Assembly (NCBI GenBank): GCA_964016885.1
Contig: OZ024741.1
Span: 60,450,001 to 60,514,000 of the forward strand
DNA length: 64,000 nucleotides
Direction: 5' to 3'
From: Eledone cirrhosa
Taxonomy: Eukaryota
Notes under the pieces: model-generated
What the model saw: the letters and a program-made list of their open reading frames with translations, nothing else
Told to the model about the DNA's origin: nothing
Databases searched by the model: none
Translations under genes and position numbers: made by a program
In this document: positions 49,874 through 63,981 of the stretch, one piece after another
How positions within the stretch are numbered: the stretch's first letter is position 1
Layout of the letters: every line of letters begins with the position of its first letter

Positions 49874-51998
49874 TTCTATATGCGAGGGAAAGATTGTATG
49901 TATATGCCAGTCACTTTCTATATTGTAACATCTTTAGGTTTTATCAAGACGTGAATTTAGATGGAGCACGTGTACAAACTACTTTACAACTTTGTTATAT
50001 AAGAAAACAGCTTCTAATACAAGCGTAATCTCCACAATTGTATATCATTTGCTATTATCTCACTGAGACATTGATAAATTCAACAAAGTAAAATGAACAC
50101 ATCAAGAAAAAGGGGAAATGTTTTAGTTTGTGCAATATTTAGACAAGGTTTTGGTAGTGTAATAGATTGGACTATAAATCAACTAAAGGAATAATAGGTG
50201 GATATTGGTAGAAATATCTTGATTTGTTTGATATGAAAAAAAAACATTAAAAAACCACTTTCAATATTTTCCAATACATCATTGTGTAAAAGACGGTAGT
50301 AATACTAGCAGCATTCAATCTCTGTCTTCTTTAAATTGAACTGTGGCAGACATTTTCGAGAAATCATAATAATGTTGACAGTAAAAGAGCAATACTTTCG
50401 TATATATTATGTATTTCAGAAAATGAAAATATGGAAGTAAAATGAAAATACATTACGGTAACAAAGAAACACTGGAAGAAAAAAATTGAATGTTCTCGCC
50501 ATGTAGCTCAGGTCATTAGTTATTTATTTATCATGCAATATATATTGTACGCATGTATATATCAAAATCAAATACGCAATCTGTTGTATGTAATGTAGTA
50601 GAAATATTACATCTATAGCGCAAAAAAATAAATCGGTCGATTTGGTAGAGTCGTTAAGCGTAGAATATTTATTTTGGATATTTTCTTTCTGAGTTCAAGT
50701 CCTCGGCGAGGGTTACTTTTCTAGCTTTCATCATTTTGAGATCAATGAAAAGGTACCTGCCCAGTGCGGATTCTACCCTCTATCATTCCAGCTCTCACAA
50801 CCAGGTTGTTCCACTGGATCAAAGGAGGGAGGGTCAAGAGGATGTCTCTGTCTGCTGGCGACTACACGGGCACCTACATCCTTTAGTGAAAGCATGATAC
50901 ATACATCTACGGCAAATACGATTGCGAAAGACGGCTGTAGTTCAACCAATGTATAATTGAAACGGATAGAAAATACATCATATCACATAACAAATACTCC
51001 ATTATCTCAATTAATTAATGAAGCCAGAGGATCAATGCAATCATTAAAATGACTGATGAAATTAAATTTGGTATTTGGTTGCATCCATTTGATTCACGTG
51101 TCATTATGGTTAGTGTGTTGGACTCATGATCATATTTTGCGGGATCGGGTGGCACGTCGTGTCCTTGAATAAAATACGCTATTTCACGTTCCTCCTTCTT
51201 TCAAATGTTGCCACAAGAAGACAATATCAATACGGAAAAGACAAATGGAAATATTATTTCCTTGGTCCAAATTCTTAATCATATTTTTTCTTCTATTAGA
51301 GTGGTGCCACGTTATTTCAATTATCATTTGCTTTATTTATTTCTGTTTCTGTTATTTAATGAAAATCGCTGATATTTCAAACTGTCATAGAGATGTGCAA
51401 ATCAAAACAGAGAAGAGCGATTGTGTGATGTTATGATGGAAACAGTCATTCCATTTTGCTAACAAACAGTTAGAAATCCTCTCTCAGGTGCAAGTATTCG
51501 ATATTTAATTCAAGAGCATTCAATCGAAATGTTTACCTTCCAGCTTACTAAGGCCCGGACGACTATAGACAAACGAAATGTTAAATATGTGCTGAATGTT
51601 TATGTGGGAGTATGGAAAATACACACAAAGCTCAAATGGAAAAATCCTTCTGAGCAATTGAGCATTTCTCGGAGATCACTATAGGGCATTTTCAGCTGGT
51701 GTGACTATTAAAACCAATAGACATTTAAAAGTGATTATCTTTAGTTAGTATTTAGCTTTAAATTTAAAAGGCTGTATGTCCAAAATGATCATATCAGATT
51801 ATGACCGAATCTGCCAGATTTATTTCTTTTTTAACAATATGAAAACTACAAGATTTAGGGTACTGAAAATCTAAGACGTGAGTTATGCACCAATATCATA
51901 TACCTTAAATGCCCAATTTGATACAGAATTATGTTACAATGATTTATCGGACCATGCTTATCTGAATATATATATAGGTAATATATGCAGGGTAATTC

Positions 51999-52182
51999 AA
52001 TAATTGTTTCTACTTTTGGCACAAGGCCAGCAATTAATCCAGTGCATTACTGGTACTTTATTTTATCGACCCCGTAAGGATGAAAGGCAAAGTTAACCTC
52101 GGCAGGATTTGAACTCAGAATGGCAAGGGCCGTAACTCTATGCGTCAAGGCATGGTGTCTAACCCTCTACCGATACTGCCAA
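51999..52182 (-). mobile_element. tRNA-derived SINE
   Basis: Reverse complement of the 12731-12923 family. Confidence 0.88.
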
Positions 52183-55100
52183 TGATACCGATATATGTTT
52201 CAATGTTTTGTACACCCCTCGAAATGTCACGGATATGTCGTGTTTTCAAAATATATTGAGTCCCTACCTATACTGAAATAGCGACAAGAAAATTCTTTCG
52301 TAGAATATTTATAGTAGATTAAATTATTGGGGATCAAAAGTTAATGAAATACTACGTTCCCCAGAATTTACCATAGCCCAATGTCCAATATCCAGCAAGA
52401 ATTATAATATTGAATTTAGACATGTTACGGGCTGCTATAGAACACTTCCTAAAAATGATTCGGCTCACTAAATCAGAAAGAAAGAAGTTATTTGCACAAT
52501 ATTATATTCAGTAATCAGTTACAAATAATTTTCTGGATCCACAATAAAAGTATTTGAAGGGTAAAAGTTATATTCTTATTTAAATTTAGTTCAAAATCGC
52601 TTTTAGAAATGTTCTGCAGAATTCTCAAAAAACAATTCACAATAACTTTAATGCTTTGTTTCATGGATTTTATGTGGATATTCTTGCGTGTTTGGTAGGA
52701 TATTATTATAATTGAATTTAGGCTTCGGGAAGATATTACGTAATTAGAATTAAATTGCATTTTTTCCTATTATATATTATATGAAAATGCAAGGTGGTGT
52801 GTGGAGAGCATGTTTGCTTCAGGGGAAACGACAAGAAGAAGATTATATATTTACGAAGATAAAGACAATGGAATCGAAACAAAAAAAAAGGAAAGATATT
52901 TTCTATAAAGGGCTGTGACATACATCATAATATCGATGGAATGTTATCAAAAGATAAATGTGCAGCTAGTTTGAAAGGTAACGATTAAATCCGCGTAAGA
53001 AGTAACAGAGCCATTTACTACTTAAATTTATTCCCAGAAAGATTGATTATTTAGAGGCTTCTGTCTAATGTTTATAGATAATGTTTCATACGTTTCATAT
53101 TTTGATATTATGCAAAACAGATTTGAGTTTGAAAGTAATATTTATATTTCCGAAGAAACGAACATTGTTTTGTATATTTTAGAAACATAATGCACAAACA
53201 CGTTTTGTGTAGTTAGACATCTTGGCGACGGAAAAAGACGATGATTATCAAGCAAATTCTACAGCGGTGTCTAAATTCTCCAAGAACCTACTCAAGGAAT
53301 TATAGTAATTCGGTACAATTCAAAACAGGTAAATATTGGGTCAATATATTTGTAGCGTATACAGAATTCTGTCGACTAAAAAAGGAAATGAAGAAGTCAA
53401 TAAACTAGATTCGATTATGAATTGAATACAAATTTCCGGTTTTTCTGTAAACGAATCAAAACATTAATATTTCATTCTTTTTTATGAATGAAAAAAACAT
53501 TTTCTAAGGAAAAAGATGAGATAAATGTCAATTTAAAGGGTTAAATTCCATTAAAATGGATATGTGGGATATGATATCAGCAGGGGACTGGAATATTGTG
53601 TATTTCATAATCAATTGAAATTAGAATTGATTGAAATATTTGGAAACTAATCCGAACTTTTCTCCTTAGCGGGATCATAATAACATACGTTAAGTATGGT
53701 TTCTACCTAGTGTTATATCAGCTTTTGTGTGAGTCGATAAAAAACAAAATCAATAAAAAGAAAACTTTACTTTAACCCTGTTAATTTTGATTAAATTAAA
53801 CATGTAATATGTCTATTATATGCATTTTCTTGGTGAAAATATACACAATTGGACACTTTTGTAACAAAAGTGTTATAAATTGAAACAACGTAATACTTGC
53901 AGTAGCCCTAATACTCGATATCATTAGTAATGAAAATAAGAAAAATAACTTTCTATAACTAAATCATAATAGATATTGAAAAGTTAATTCAGTAGAATGC
54001 AAATCATATTTTGAGATCTATATGTCTACACAATATTGAAAGGATTAAATCTTATTGCAATTCTACATAAATGCAAATATGTGTAACAATGAGATATGGT
54101 AGACTCAACAAGGCCGAAAGGTTAAGAAGTTCGAGTGAGTGTCACATACCATAAACTCGAGTCGATCAAAAGCTTAGTAACTGGAAGTCAGTCGCATAGA
54201 CTGTTCCTGTAATTCAAAAGGGCAGCCTTCTCAAAGACTGTCGCACTGAATCTCCCTGAAAATTATGTTGAGGACACATATACTCGTTAATTTCAGAATA
54301 GGCTGATTCATTGATCAAATATCTGGAAGACTCATCATCAAAACTGACGGAGATCCTTTCCAATGAGATATGGATATTTCGCTTGCTTGTTTTTTTTCTA
54401 AGTAATAAAAAACAAATCTGGTGCATATACGATTTCATATGAATATTTGGGAATATGAATTCGCTTCAAATATCCGTTCATCTGTGCATGACTTAATACC
54501 AGTTAACATTGATTTATTGAAAGGAGTTGTTCCATACATGAATATATGAATAACAAATATTGTTCTCTCATAATTGAGGGATACATTGTTTCATGTGATT
54601 TCGTTTTTAAAAAAATGAAATAGATCTAATATCGGAATTCATAATATTGCAAGAGACAAAAGCAAAGATAAAATAATATGTTTATGACAAGTATTATTAT
54701 CGATTATATATAGAGGTGTATCGATCGTTTGTAGAATCCTATTAATTGTTTCGATTAATACATTGCTGATTGTATAGTTTCTGTGTACACAACGCCATAT
54801 CAATGTCGTGGTTGGTCGTAAGGTAAATATGAAAGGTGACAAGTAATACCATACGCCCTCAATATTGATATTCCTTAACTATCTCTCTAGTTAATGTTCA
54901 ATATTCAAATAATTAAATGTAAAATAGTATAAATATGATATAAAAGTGTTCTCAGCTATATAATGATGTACTAATCAGTATAATATATTCTTATATTAAA
55001 TTATGACATGTAATACAATATAAATGTGCTAACGGGAAGAGAACATTCTCTTATCAAAAATATATGTCATAAATACGATATAATCTTCAAGAAATGTGTA

Positions 55101-55676
55101 ATAAGCAGAACATTGTATTATTTTATCAAAATATATACATGTAAAACGATATATGATATAAATATATTCTAAATTTTAGAATTTTGTATTAAATACAACA
55201 ATACATTCTATTATCAAAATAATATTTAATTGATATTTCGTCAGTTTCGACGCTGAGTGTTTTAGTTGCTCCTGAAATTAACGTGTGAGCAAGTAAGCTT
55301 TCAATAGACACGTGTATCATTAACTTAATTCTCGGGAAGATTAAGCGTAACACAGTGTGTGACAAGATTGCTCGATTAAATTAGAAATACACTTCCTTCG
55401 ACGATCTTAAGAAAACAGTTTCCGTCTAGCCACTCTCACTCCCAATGCATGGCTCAGTTTGAGGCTTTAGTAAATTACGCTTGCTCAAGGTGCCACGCAG
55501 TAGAGCCCAGCCAGTAACCTATTGAGTGTGAAGCGAATTTTTTTAACATTCGGCTATGGTGCGCCCACAAAGGCAAAGGAAATATGTAAAAACATGTCAC
55601 TGATCAAACGACTAACAGCCAAATATTTCCAAACTATAAAACAGATATATTACTGTAATAAATAATCACACATACA

Positions 55677-55724
<48 letters not shown>

Positions 55725-55736
55725 GACACACACACA

Positions 55737-55857
<121 letters not shown>

Positions 55858-55965
55858 GTATATATATATATGTATATATATATATGTATATATATATACA
55901 TATATATATATATGTATATATATACGATATTAAATAAATGGAAACTATATTTATAAAACCATATT

Positions 55966-56031
55966 TATTTCATTATATATATTTCAGGGATATCATATTA
56001 ACAATATGTTATGCCTTCTTCAGACAAAATA
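55966..56031 (-). ncRNA. Type I hammerhead motif (family of 12220/25484) between (TA)n and (GATA)n
   Basis: Minus strand TATTTTGT-CTGAAGA-AGGcATAaCATATT gtt AATATGaTATcCCT-GAAA-TATATA-TA-ATGAAATA. Confidence 0.85.
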
Positions 56032-56047
56032 CAATATAGACAGTTTT

Positions 56048-56127
<80 letters not shown>

Positions 56128-56433
56128 GAAGATAGAGATAGACAGATAGAGAAACAGATAGACAGAAATAGAGAGAGGGAGAGAGAGAGAGAAAAAAAGA
56201 GAGAGAGAAATAGGAGGGTTGAGAAGAGGAAGAGAGAGAAAAATTAAATATATATTTTGTGTGCGCGGATAATCAGTTTGGGACGAATAGCCTTACTTAT
56301 AGATAAACTAACGAAAATGTGTACAAGGGATTGTTCAGATGCTTGATTCAGAGTAAGAAGGTTTACAAAGCTTATAAATAGGGTATGTTGCCATTGGCTA
56401 TAAGTGACGCTTATCCTCGATAGATTCAAGACA

Positions 56434-57013
56434 TCGGCAGTATCGGTAGAGGGTCGAACATGCTTTCCAGCATAGTTACGTCCCTTTACGATCTGAGTTC
56501 AAATCCCGCCGAGGTTAACTATGCCTTTCATCCTTACGGGGTCGATAAAATGAAGTACCAGTAATGTACTGGTTAATTGCTGGCCTTGTGCCAAAAGTAG
56601 AAATAATTATTTAGATCATAGTATCGGTAGAGAGTCGGACACCATGCTTTACAGCATAGTTACGGCCCTTTATGATCCGAGTTCAAATCCCGTCGAGGTT
56701 AACTTTGCCTTTCATCCTTACGGTGTCGATAAAATAAAGTACCAGTGATGTACTGGGTAATTGCTGGCCTTGTGCCAAAAGTAGAAACAATTATTATTTA
56801 GATCATATATCGCTGGATTAGCAGTACCGGTAGAGGGTCTGACGCCATGCTTTGCAGCAAAGAGTTACGGCCCTTTATGGTCTGAATTCAAATCCCGCCG
56901 AGGTTAAGTTTGCCTTTCATCCTTACGGGGTCGATAAAATGAAGTACCAGTAATACCCTGGGCAATGACTGGCCATGTGCCAAATGTAGAAACAATTATT
57001 TAGATCATATATT
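56434..57013 (+). mobile_element. Three head-to-tail copies of the tRNA-SINE separated by TTAGATCATA
   Basis: Copies ~56434-56610, ~56621-56797, ~56811-56999, each followed by TTAGATCATA. Confidence 0.9.
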
Positions 57014-57199
57014 TGCTTGCTCACTGCTGTTAAACGGAACTACTACTGAGTGGATTCAGCATGGCAGAATGAGTAGCTACTTACTACTACAAATAAGAAT
57101 AGTTACTTGCATTTTTATTAGATTATACTTTCACTACTACTAGAAGGCACTCTCCCCACCACCAGACAGACCATTACGACCAGCAGCAATAACAACATC

Positions 57200-57615
57200 A
57201 ATATGCGTAAGGAAAACCGGATTTCGAAGCTTGGCTTGGAAATAAGTCATCCATCTTGCACTCGCAGTTCAAGGAGGCGTGAAAACTCGAAGTAGAGAGT
57301 AATTGGAGGTTTGGGGATTTAAGCAAAAAGTATTCTTGTTGACCATCCGCCGACTTCGTAATTAGAAGATCGCCTCCTGGCTTGCTAACAGGAACTCGAA
57401 GAAAGGAGCATCCTAACGAGGTGGAAAGAATTTATTTGCTGATCTAAATCCGGTCGAACAATATCTGATGTGCATGTGATGCATCTAGGAGCCAAGACGA
57501 ACCTCTCGGAAGCTGTGTTCACTGGAGCAATTAAAGCGCCCAAATGTGACAGGGGCCCGGTGGGTGACGAAATTTGCGAGGAAACCTTAAAAGACTTAAA
57601 TAGAGAAGTTATATA
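57200..57615 (+). pseudogene. Very old LINE (RTE-like) ORF remnant, endonuclease-RT linker
   Basis: Fragmentary translation SILTRWKE../ADLNPV and AIKAPKCDRGPVGDEICEETLKDL resemble W.E.F..LLN and AIK.LK.GKAPG.D.I..E.LK. Confidence 0.5.
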
Positions 57616-58333
57616 ACGTAAATAGGCGGTGAAGTGACAGATTTGATAGAACTTCGAATATAATGCTTTGCGGTATAATTTCCGAACTTTGCGTGCCGAG
57701 TAGAAATACTACTGAAGCTAACCTTTCATCCTTTCGATATCAATAAATGAAATTACATATTGAGATTGATTATTTCTTTATGTGTATATTTCAAATTCGC
57801 CCTCCCTCTCTCTCTGTCTCTCTCTGTCTCTCTCTCTATCTCTCTCTCCACTCTCTCTCTCTCTTCCTCTCTCTCAAGCAAAGATTGGCTGTGTTCCGAC
57901 CCAGATAAGAACAGGATTCACCACGCTTAAATGCCCAGACTGGTTGTATATCATTACAGTGCCTCTACGACAATCAGGACATAAGACCCCATGACAGGGC
58001 GTGGAATTAATCCATCACTCAGTTGGTTATGCACTGATTCATTAAGTGTCAAAGTTCTTTTGCCGGAGTCTGTAGACTTACCGTTCACTGTACATCTCAG
58101 TGTCTCCACTTCGTCCACACTTACTCCACATCGAATAAGTATATACCCATGAGTAATATAAATATTCTCTCATGTTTGTGTATTAATCAGGGACTCAAAA
58201 TATAAATATTCTGATTTGTCTGAAGCCATAATTTAGTCGATCATATCGACCTCAATACTTATCTTATTGATCTCTTTGTCGATATATATACGACGAGCTT
58301 CTTTAGTTTCCGTCCACCAAATTCTACTCACAA

Positions 58334-58552
58334 GTGGAGATTTCTGGTGTCCCTGGCCCTAGGGCTACCTCCCTACTCATCACCATCGGCACGGAGTTGG
58401 CTATACGCAGATGTAAGCGTCACAAGCTGGAATGGCTCTTCCAACGCGTCTCCATCAAAATCCTCCATGTAAACGCCTTCTCTATTCTGTCCGCCGAGTT
58501 CCCGGGTGGACCAGCGCGAGGGCCCTCATTTGCTTACAATAGTGAGGGATGA
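58334..58552 (+). pseudogene. CRE-like non-LTR retrotransposon C-terminus (restriction-like endonuclease region)
   Basis: VEISGVPGPRATSLLITIG...LEWLFQRVSIKILHVNAFSIL resembles the CRE tail VET.G.WGP.A..FL..LG...FLFQR.S.A.QRGNA.SIL; apparently inserted within a minus-strand SINE remnant (~58240-58333, ~58690-58790). Confidence 0.7.
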
Positions 58553-59639
58553 GGAGAGCTTGAGAGGCGGAAGTAGTGACTATACCAGCATTACTGAAGT
58601 ATTTTGTTGAGTTAAAGTTTAAGTGATTTCGCTAAATATCTTATTCAACTGGTATTATTTCGCCTCAACTAATGATCAGACACAAGTCAACCAAAGGCAA
58701 TAGCTGCAGACACTTGCCAAAGGGACCACACGACGAGACTGAAACCAGAATCACAAGGCTCCGAGGTGAACTCCTTAAATACATAATGATACTAGTGCTT
58801 ACAGAGAAATAATTTGTTTAAAATGTGCCAATATTAACAGATACAAGCTGTTGTACATATAATTCAATAAAGAACAAAGACTTGGAAGTAATTGATATGA
58901 AATTAAAGCGTTTAATAGGAAATGGCTGACATTTACACCGCTAAGATAAACATATTTTACATTGTTTCCTTTATTTATTTGTTATTTATTTCAATGATCA
59001 AACTTCAATTAATTCAAGGCCAATAATTTGCTTTTATTGGCAAAATAATTGTGAAGATTATGAAATAAATTATGAGTTGCTATAATTACATACTTTAGGT
59101 TTAAATACTTCATAGCGATAAATTTTAAACTATTGGCAGGTGGAATTTATAAATCATTGAAATACTTCAAATATTATAGATTTCAGCAAGTGAACATGTA
59201 TAGGCATATGTTACATGTGTGTTTGGCTTGACAGATGGAGAATAAAAACTCAGTAGATGTATAGCGAGGTATATAATTTTACAGAGTAACTAAAAACATT
59301 TGGCTCATTATTTACTTTTGGCTATATTTGTAGACTAGAACTGATGAAACTCCGGATTCTCTGAAAGTTCCTTATATTCTAAAGAAGGGAAATTTAAGTA
59401 AAGAAATATTAGGATGAAAGAAACAACAGTAACACCAAAAGAACAAAACATATTACCAGGTAACTTACTTTTTTGTTACCTACATCATACAATCCAGTTT
59501 GCATTGGTTAGCCTTATATCACTTTCCACATTATAAATCATATACAATGCTGCAATCTAACTACATTTTAATAGTTATTTCGTTTAAACCATTAACAATA
59601 TATCAAAACGTCGCTATCTTTTGATGTTTCTGTCCAGAG

Positions 59640-60165
59640 TTACAGTATATGTTTCAAGCGATCCCCATTTGAAAGAATGCATTCTGTGAGGCGCATGGTG
59701 AAATTTAGTATGTCTTTACAAACAGATATATGGATGACTCTGATCTCCTCCGTGATGTTTTGTGTAAGTTCAGTGATGATCCAAGGTTTGTTGACATATT
59801 CTCTCTCATTTAGTTAGCCTAAAAAAATAAATCTGCGGTGAGCGCCATAAATCAGGGCTGTGTGAGGCCCAATGAAAATCAGTCTCCACACTTATTAAAC
59901 GATTTCCAAAATGATATTTCAGACATTCATGCAATTCATTGGATGTATGAGGGCTTGCTCCATCTTGTGGAAACCAGAACTTATTCATTAGAGATGCGTA
60001 CAAAGTGTGTAGCTCAATTTTGAAAACATCCGGATATCCCACATAGCGTTTATTTGTGACTGTATCAGTGACACCATTTTCTTCGAAGAAGAATGGGCCA
60101 AGCAACCCTGTCTCAGAAATGGCAGCCCAGACAATACATTTAGCCAAGTGGAGAGACTTCACAAC
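59640..60165 (-). pseudogene. Mariner-superfamily (rosa/DD41D-like) transposase C-terminal remnant
   Basis: KCIVWAAISETGLLGPFFFEE...TVTNKRY...WFPQDGASPHT...FGNRLIS...WASHSPDL, then YVNKPWIITELTQNITEEI...ECILSNGDRLKHIL*. Confidence 0.85.
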
Positions 60166-60439
60166 TTCATATATTATGTAATATATATATTATACATGTA
60201 TATAATTTATATATGATATATATGTATATAATATACTGAGTGGGCTGTAAGTCGCACACCAAAGCATTAAAAACAATTTAGTAAACAGGTACATTGTATT
60301 GTATTTATAACAAAAATTATATTCAAATAATAAGGCATCATTGTCAAAATGAACGCCATTTGCAATTTCGTATAATTCTAGGCGATGTCCGAAATTGTTA
60401 TAGACTCGATAAGATGCTTGTGATCAATCGGCAACGGTT

Positions 60440-61190
60440 CAGGAGGACAATTTTTAATGAACTCTCTAGTAGTATGGTGGGTCCCTCGAACCCGCTGGCT
60501 ACGCTGACCCTCAGCTGCACCGGGCTGAGTTCCTCGCTAAATGATCGCAGCTGCGAGACTCCGGAATGTGTTACCTACCGCGATGGGGCGTATTCCAAAC
60601 TTTCGACCTGAGAGCGGTGAGGGGAGCCGATAAAAAAGACCTCGGGAATAGGGTCCAGGGCACCAAGAATGAATCTGTTGGTGAGTGCCATGAATGTGTT
60701 GGGTCTGGCCTGTTCATACACATTGGTTAAGAACATCTGCCCGAAGGTAGAGATGTTGACCTTGACCAGGGCCGCTGTCGGCCTGCAGCCTCGATCGTCA
60801 CCAGAGTTGAGATGACCGAGGATGAGTGGAGCGAAATAAAACAATAGCTCCCAATCGCTCTGTCGATGGCTATCTAATACTTTGTAGATGGAGCCCACTG
60901 ACACCCGATGTAGACTCGTCTGTGCCGAGCGATGTTGACTAATGAGGATTGGGTGTTGGACATGCATACTGTGTCGACTGTGGAAGCCCCTGCTTGGGCG
61001 AGAAGTGGCAGCTACTGCATCTACACGATGTGTAATTGAACAATAATTCACTCGGCCATATAGGTTTTTGCGGTTAACGTGATCGTTCCACCATAAAATA
61101 GTGGTAGTAGGTGGGGAGATACATGCATGCCACCACATGATGTTTGGTTTACTGGTGCTGGTGTCTGTTGGGCGAGACCCTAGCACTAAA
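60440..61190 (-). pseudogene. CRE-like non-LTR retrotransposon RT N-terminal remnant
   Basis: DWELLFYFAPLIL...RG...AALVKVNISTF...ALTNRFILGAL...VFF, then in shifted frames GIRPIAVGNTFRSLAA and LSPVQLRVSVASGFEG, matching GIRPIAVG.TLRRL..K and L.P.QLGVGV..G.E. Confidence 0.75.
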
Positions 61191-61743
61191 TTAAAACATC
61201 GTAGGCTGAATTGAACTCAGTGACCGCACTGTTTCATCGCTGTGGTGGTGGTGAGGTGGGGGCTTGTTATGTAAGACAGGCCTGTCTCTGTGTGGCTGGC
61301 TGCTTGCATGGAGTGGGTGATAGACGAGTGGTCACGGTCAGTCAGTCCTGTACCTCTACGCCTGCATAAATGTTATAGAATGGAAATAAAGTTCCCAATA
61401 GAACAGACTTTGGCTATGAAAACATCATTTCTGACAGGTCTTTAGATTAGATTGCCTAGGAAATGTAACGTTATAACATAAGATGGGGTCTTATGATATC
61501 AAGTGACTGGTTGCGTAATTGCACCATCACGTAGCCACGATCACCATTGAAATATTACTCAAAGCTTTCTTATCAAAATGCTTTTTAACATCTACACCGA
61601 ATTTCGAATTTTTCTTATTCTATATATCTTCAACAAAACTCACTAACTATGTGTTCGCTTTGTATTGCAACGTGCACTCTTCTTATTTGATTAAGCGTGC
61701 AAGCTATGGCCGATGGTCACTAACATAAATTCGGTGATTTTCG

Positions 61744-61834
<91 letters not shown>

Positions 61835-61925
61835 CTATATATATATATACTTAGGGTAAACATTGATGCAATTCAATTCAAGCACTCAACATACTTTTTC
61901 CACATAGGAGTGACGGAGTAAATAT

Positions 61926-63322
61926 CGAATAAGGAAAAGCGAAGTAGTTTCAGATGTTCAAGTCTTTTAATAATAATGCTGTGATATATATTTCAATGAC
62001 GACAGTGGCCACACTGTTCTGTGTGCCAGTATTGCGACATCGTCAGACAGCATGTTACATAATAAGGTTATGTTTCCGAGGCAATGCAAATTGAATCGAC
62101 ATGGGAACGGATGAAGTGTGTGCTTTTGGGTTCTTCATCCGTTCCCCTGTGTGTACCAATTCACCCCCACCGGTCTGCGCAGGCGCATGTCCGAAGGAAG
62201 TTGACCATTAGCTACCGCAGATTTCAACGAAATTCGCTTAGTCAGTTCCCCCTCTCAGCCAAACAATGACCCATTCAGGCCTGTACCATAGTTTACTGCT
62301 ACCCGTCCCGTCTGTAGCAGTCAGCCGAAAGCCAGAGGGGATGGGAGAGTATCAGTATTTACAGGTCCCAATACTACCTCTCACCAAGCATGGACAGTAC
62401 AACTGACCATCAACGCCTAAGAGAAAATATACTTAATTCTAGTTATCAGGGTTTTACATTGGAAGTTATGAGTGAGAGTTGGAAATAAAATTAAAATTTA
62501 AAATCGAAAATCCTAAATCAAATATCAGAAATTATAAATAAAAAAATTAAAGAATTAAAAAGTTAACAATTAGAAATTAAAAATCCGGATTGAGGTGAGT
62601 AAAAAAACATATAGATTGAAGTGAGTAAATAATATGCAGAGAGATGTTTAAGTAAGAAGTTCTGAAAGGGGTACTAATGTCACAGTTACACTATCCAGAT
62701 ATTGAACGATAGTGCCGTACAGTAGAATGGAGGGTAAACTACAGTATTCAAGGCAGTAGTCAATCTAGTATACAGTCATAATTTCCATCACATAGAACAA
62801 AACAAAACAAAAAACAGATATAAAGTACACAAAAGAAAAGAACCAATAATGAATAAATGCAAGAACACAGAGTACATATATGCAAATCTATCCATATGAT
62901 TGTCAATTTGTCTATGTATAGATTGAATTGAGGGGGCTTCTGTTCAAATGCGATTTGGTGCAGGAAAATAGGGGTTTATCTTAGTGTTTGTATACGCGTA
63001 TTTATCCTGCCGAAAGTTATTATTATGTCCGTCCAGTGTCAGGGGTTTCCATCCCCATGGTAGAGGGAATTTCCTGGTGTAGCTCGTGGTTGGTTCCTCT
63101 CTTCTCCACCATATCGGTTACATGATAGAGCGCTCAACTAATTGGAGCTAAATTCAATTTGGATTGCCTCGGAAACATAACCTTATTATGTAACAAGCTG
63201 TCTGACGATGTCGCGACACTGGCACACAGAACAGTGTGGCCAGTGTCGTCATTGAAATATATATCACAGCATTATTATTAAAAGACTTGAACATCTGAAA
63301 CTACTTCGCTTTTCCTTATTCT
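61926..63322. mobile_element. PLE-type element with ~160-bp terminal inverted repeats, each containing a hammerhead
   Basis: 61926-62085 is the reverse complement of ~63162-63321; (TA)n nearby on both sides. Confidence 0.82.
63197..63270 (+). ncRNA. Type I hammerhead motif; mirror copy 61978-62051 (-)
   Basis: GCTGT-CTGACGA-tgtcgCGACACTGGC...GCCAGTGTCGtcatt-GAAA-TATATA-TC-ACAGC. Confidence 0.85.
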
Positions 63323-63406
63323 ATATATATATATATATATATTTCGGCTCTGTAATATACTTGTTATTTTACATTGAGAGCTATTCTCATACTTGTAATT
63401 GGATAA

Positions 63407-63981
63407 ACTATATATATAAAACTGAGGATGTCTGTCTGTGTGTGTCTGTGAGTTTGAATCCCTAAAACTCGAGAAGTACCCAACCGATTTTTTTCAAACT
63501 TTACATGTGTATTACTTATGCATATAAAATTCAACTTCTTGATCCCCTAGGTGAAAAACTGCTTTTTTCAGCTTTTTAGGGGTTTTTTGAGGCGTCACGT
63601 CAGACCGATTTCCTTGAAATTGTAACTATGTATTAGTCAGTATCTTCTTCATACCGTGAGCAAAGAAAATCCAACTTGTTTATGGCCTAGGGTCCGCATT
63701 AGGTGAAAAACTTCATTTTTTCAGATTTTTAGGGCTTTTTTGAGGCGTTACGTCTAGCCGATGTTCCCGAAATTTCAAGGCCTATTATGCACATAAAAAA
63801 AATTCATTTTCTTGATCTCCTAGGGCCCGCATTAGGTGAAAATCTGCATTTTTCCTGCTTCATCGAGGAAAATCTTAAAGATTATCCAGCCATCAGAGTA
63901 TTCGGATTATTTTCTTTACATATGCAGTTTTTCTACGATTATAAATACCTTATCCCGTGCAACCCCGGGTACCACTGCTAG
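63407..63981 (+). mobile_element. Non-autonomous Helitron with internal repeats
   Basis: Starts CTATATATATAAAACTGAGGATGTCTGTCTGTGTGTG (5' TC imperfect); ends CCCG tgcaaccc CGGG taccactg CTAG|T; TAGGTGAAAA block at ~63548, 63700 and 63833. Confidence 0.78.

Noticed and set aside
49880-55670. Host gene exons in the least repetitive stretch
   Set aside because: Only short AT-rich ORFs without recognisable domains; AG/GT pairs are present but unsupported without transcript data, so small exons can be neither called nor excluded
59336-59382. CTGATGA...GAAA as a hammerhead
   Set aside because: A stem I (TAGAA/TTCTA) is possible, but stems II and III do not pair convincingly and there is no PLE context
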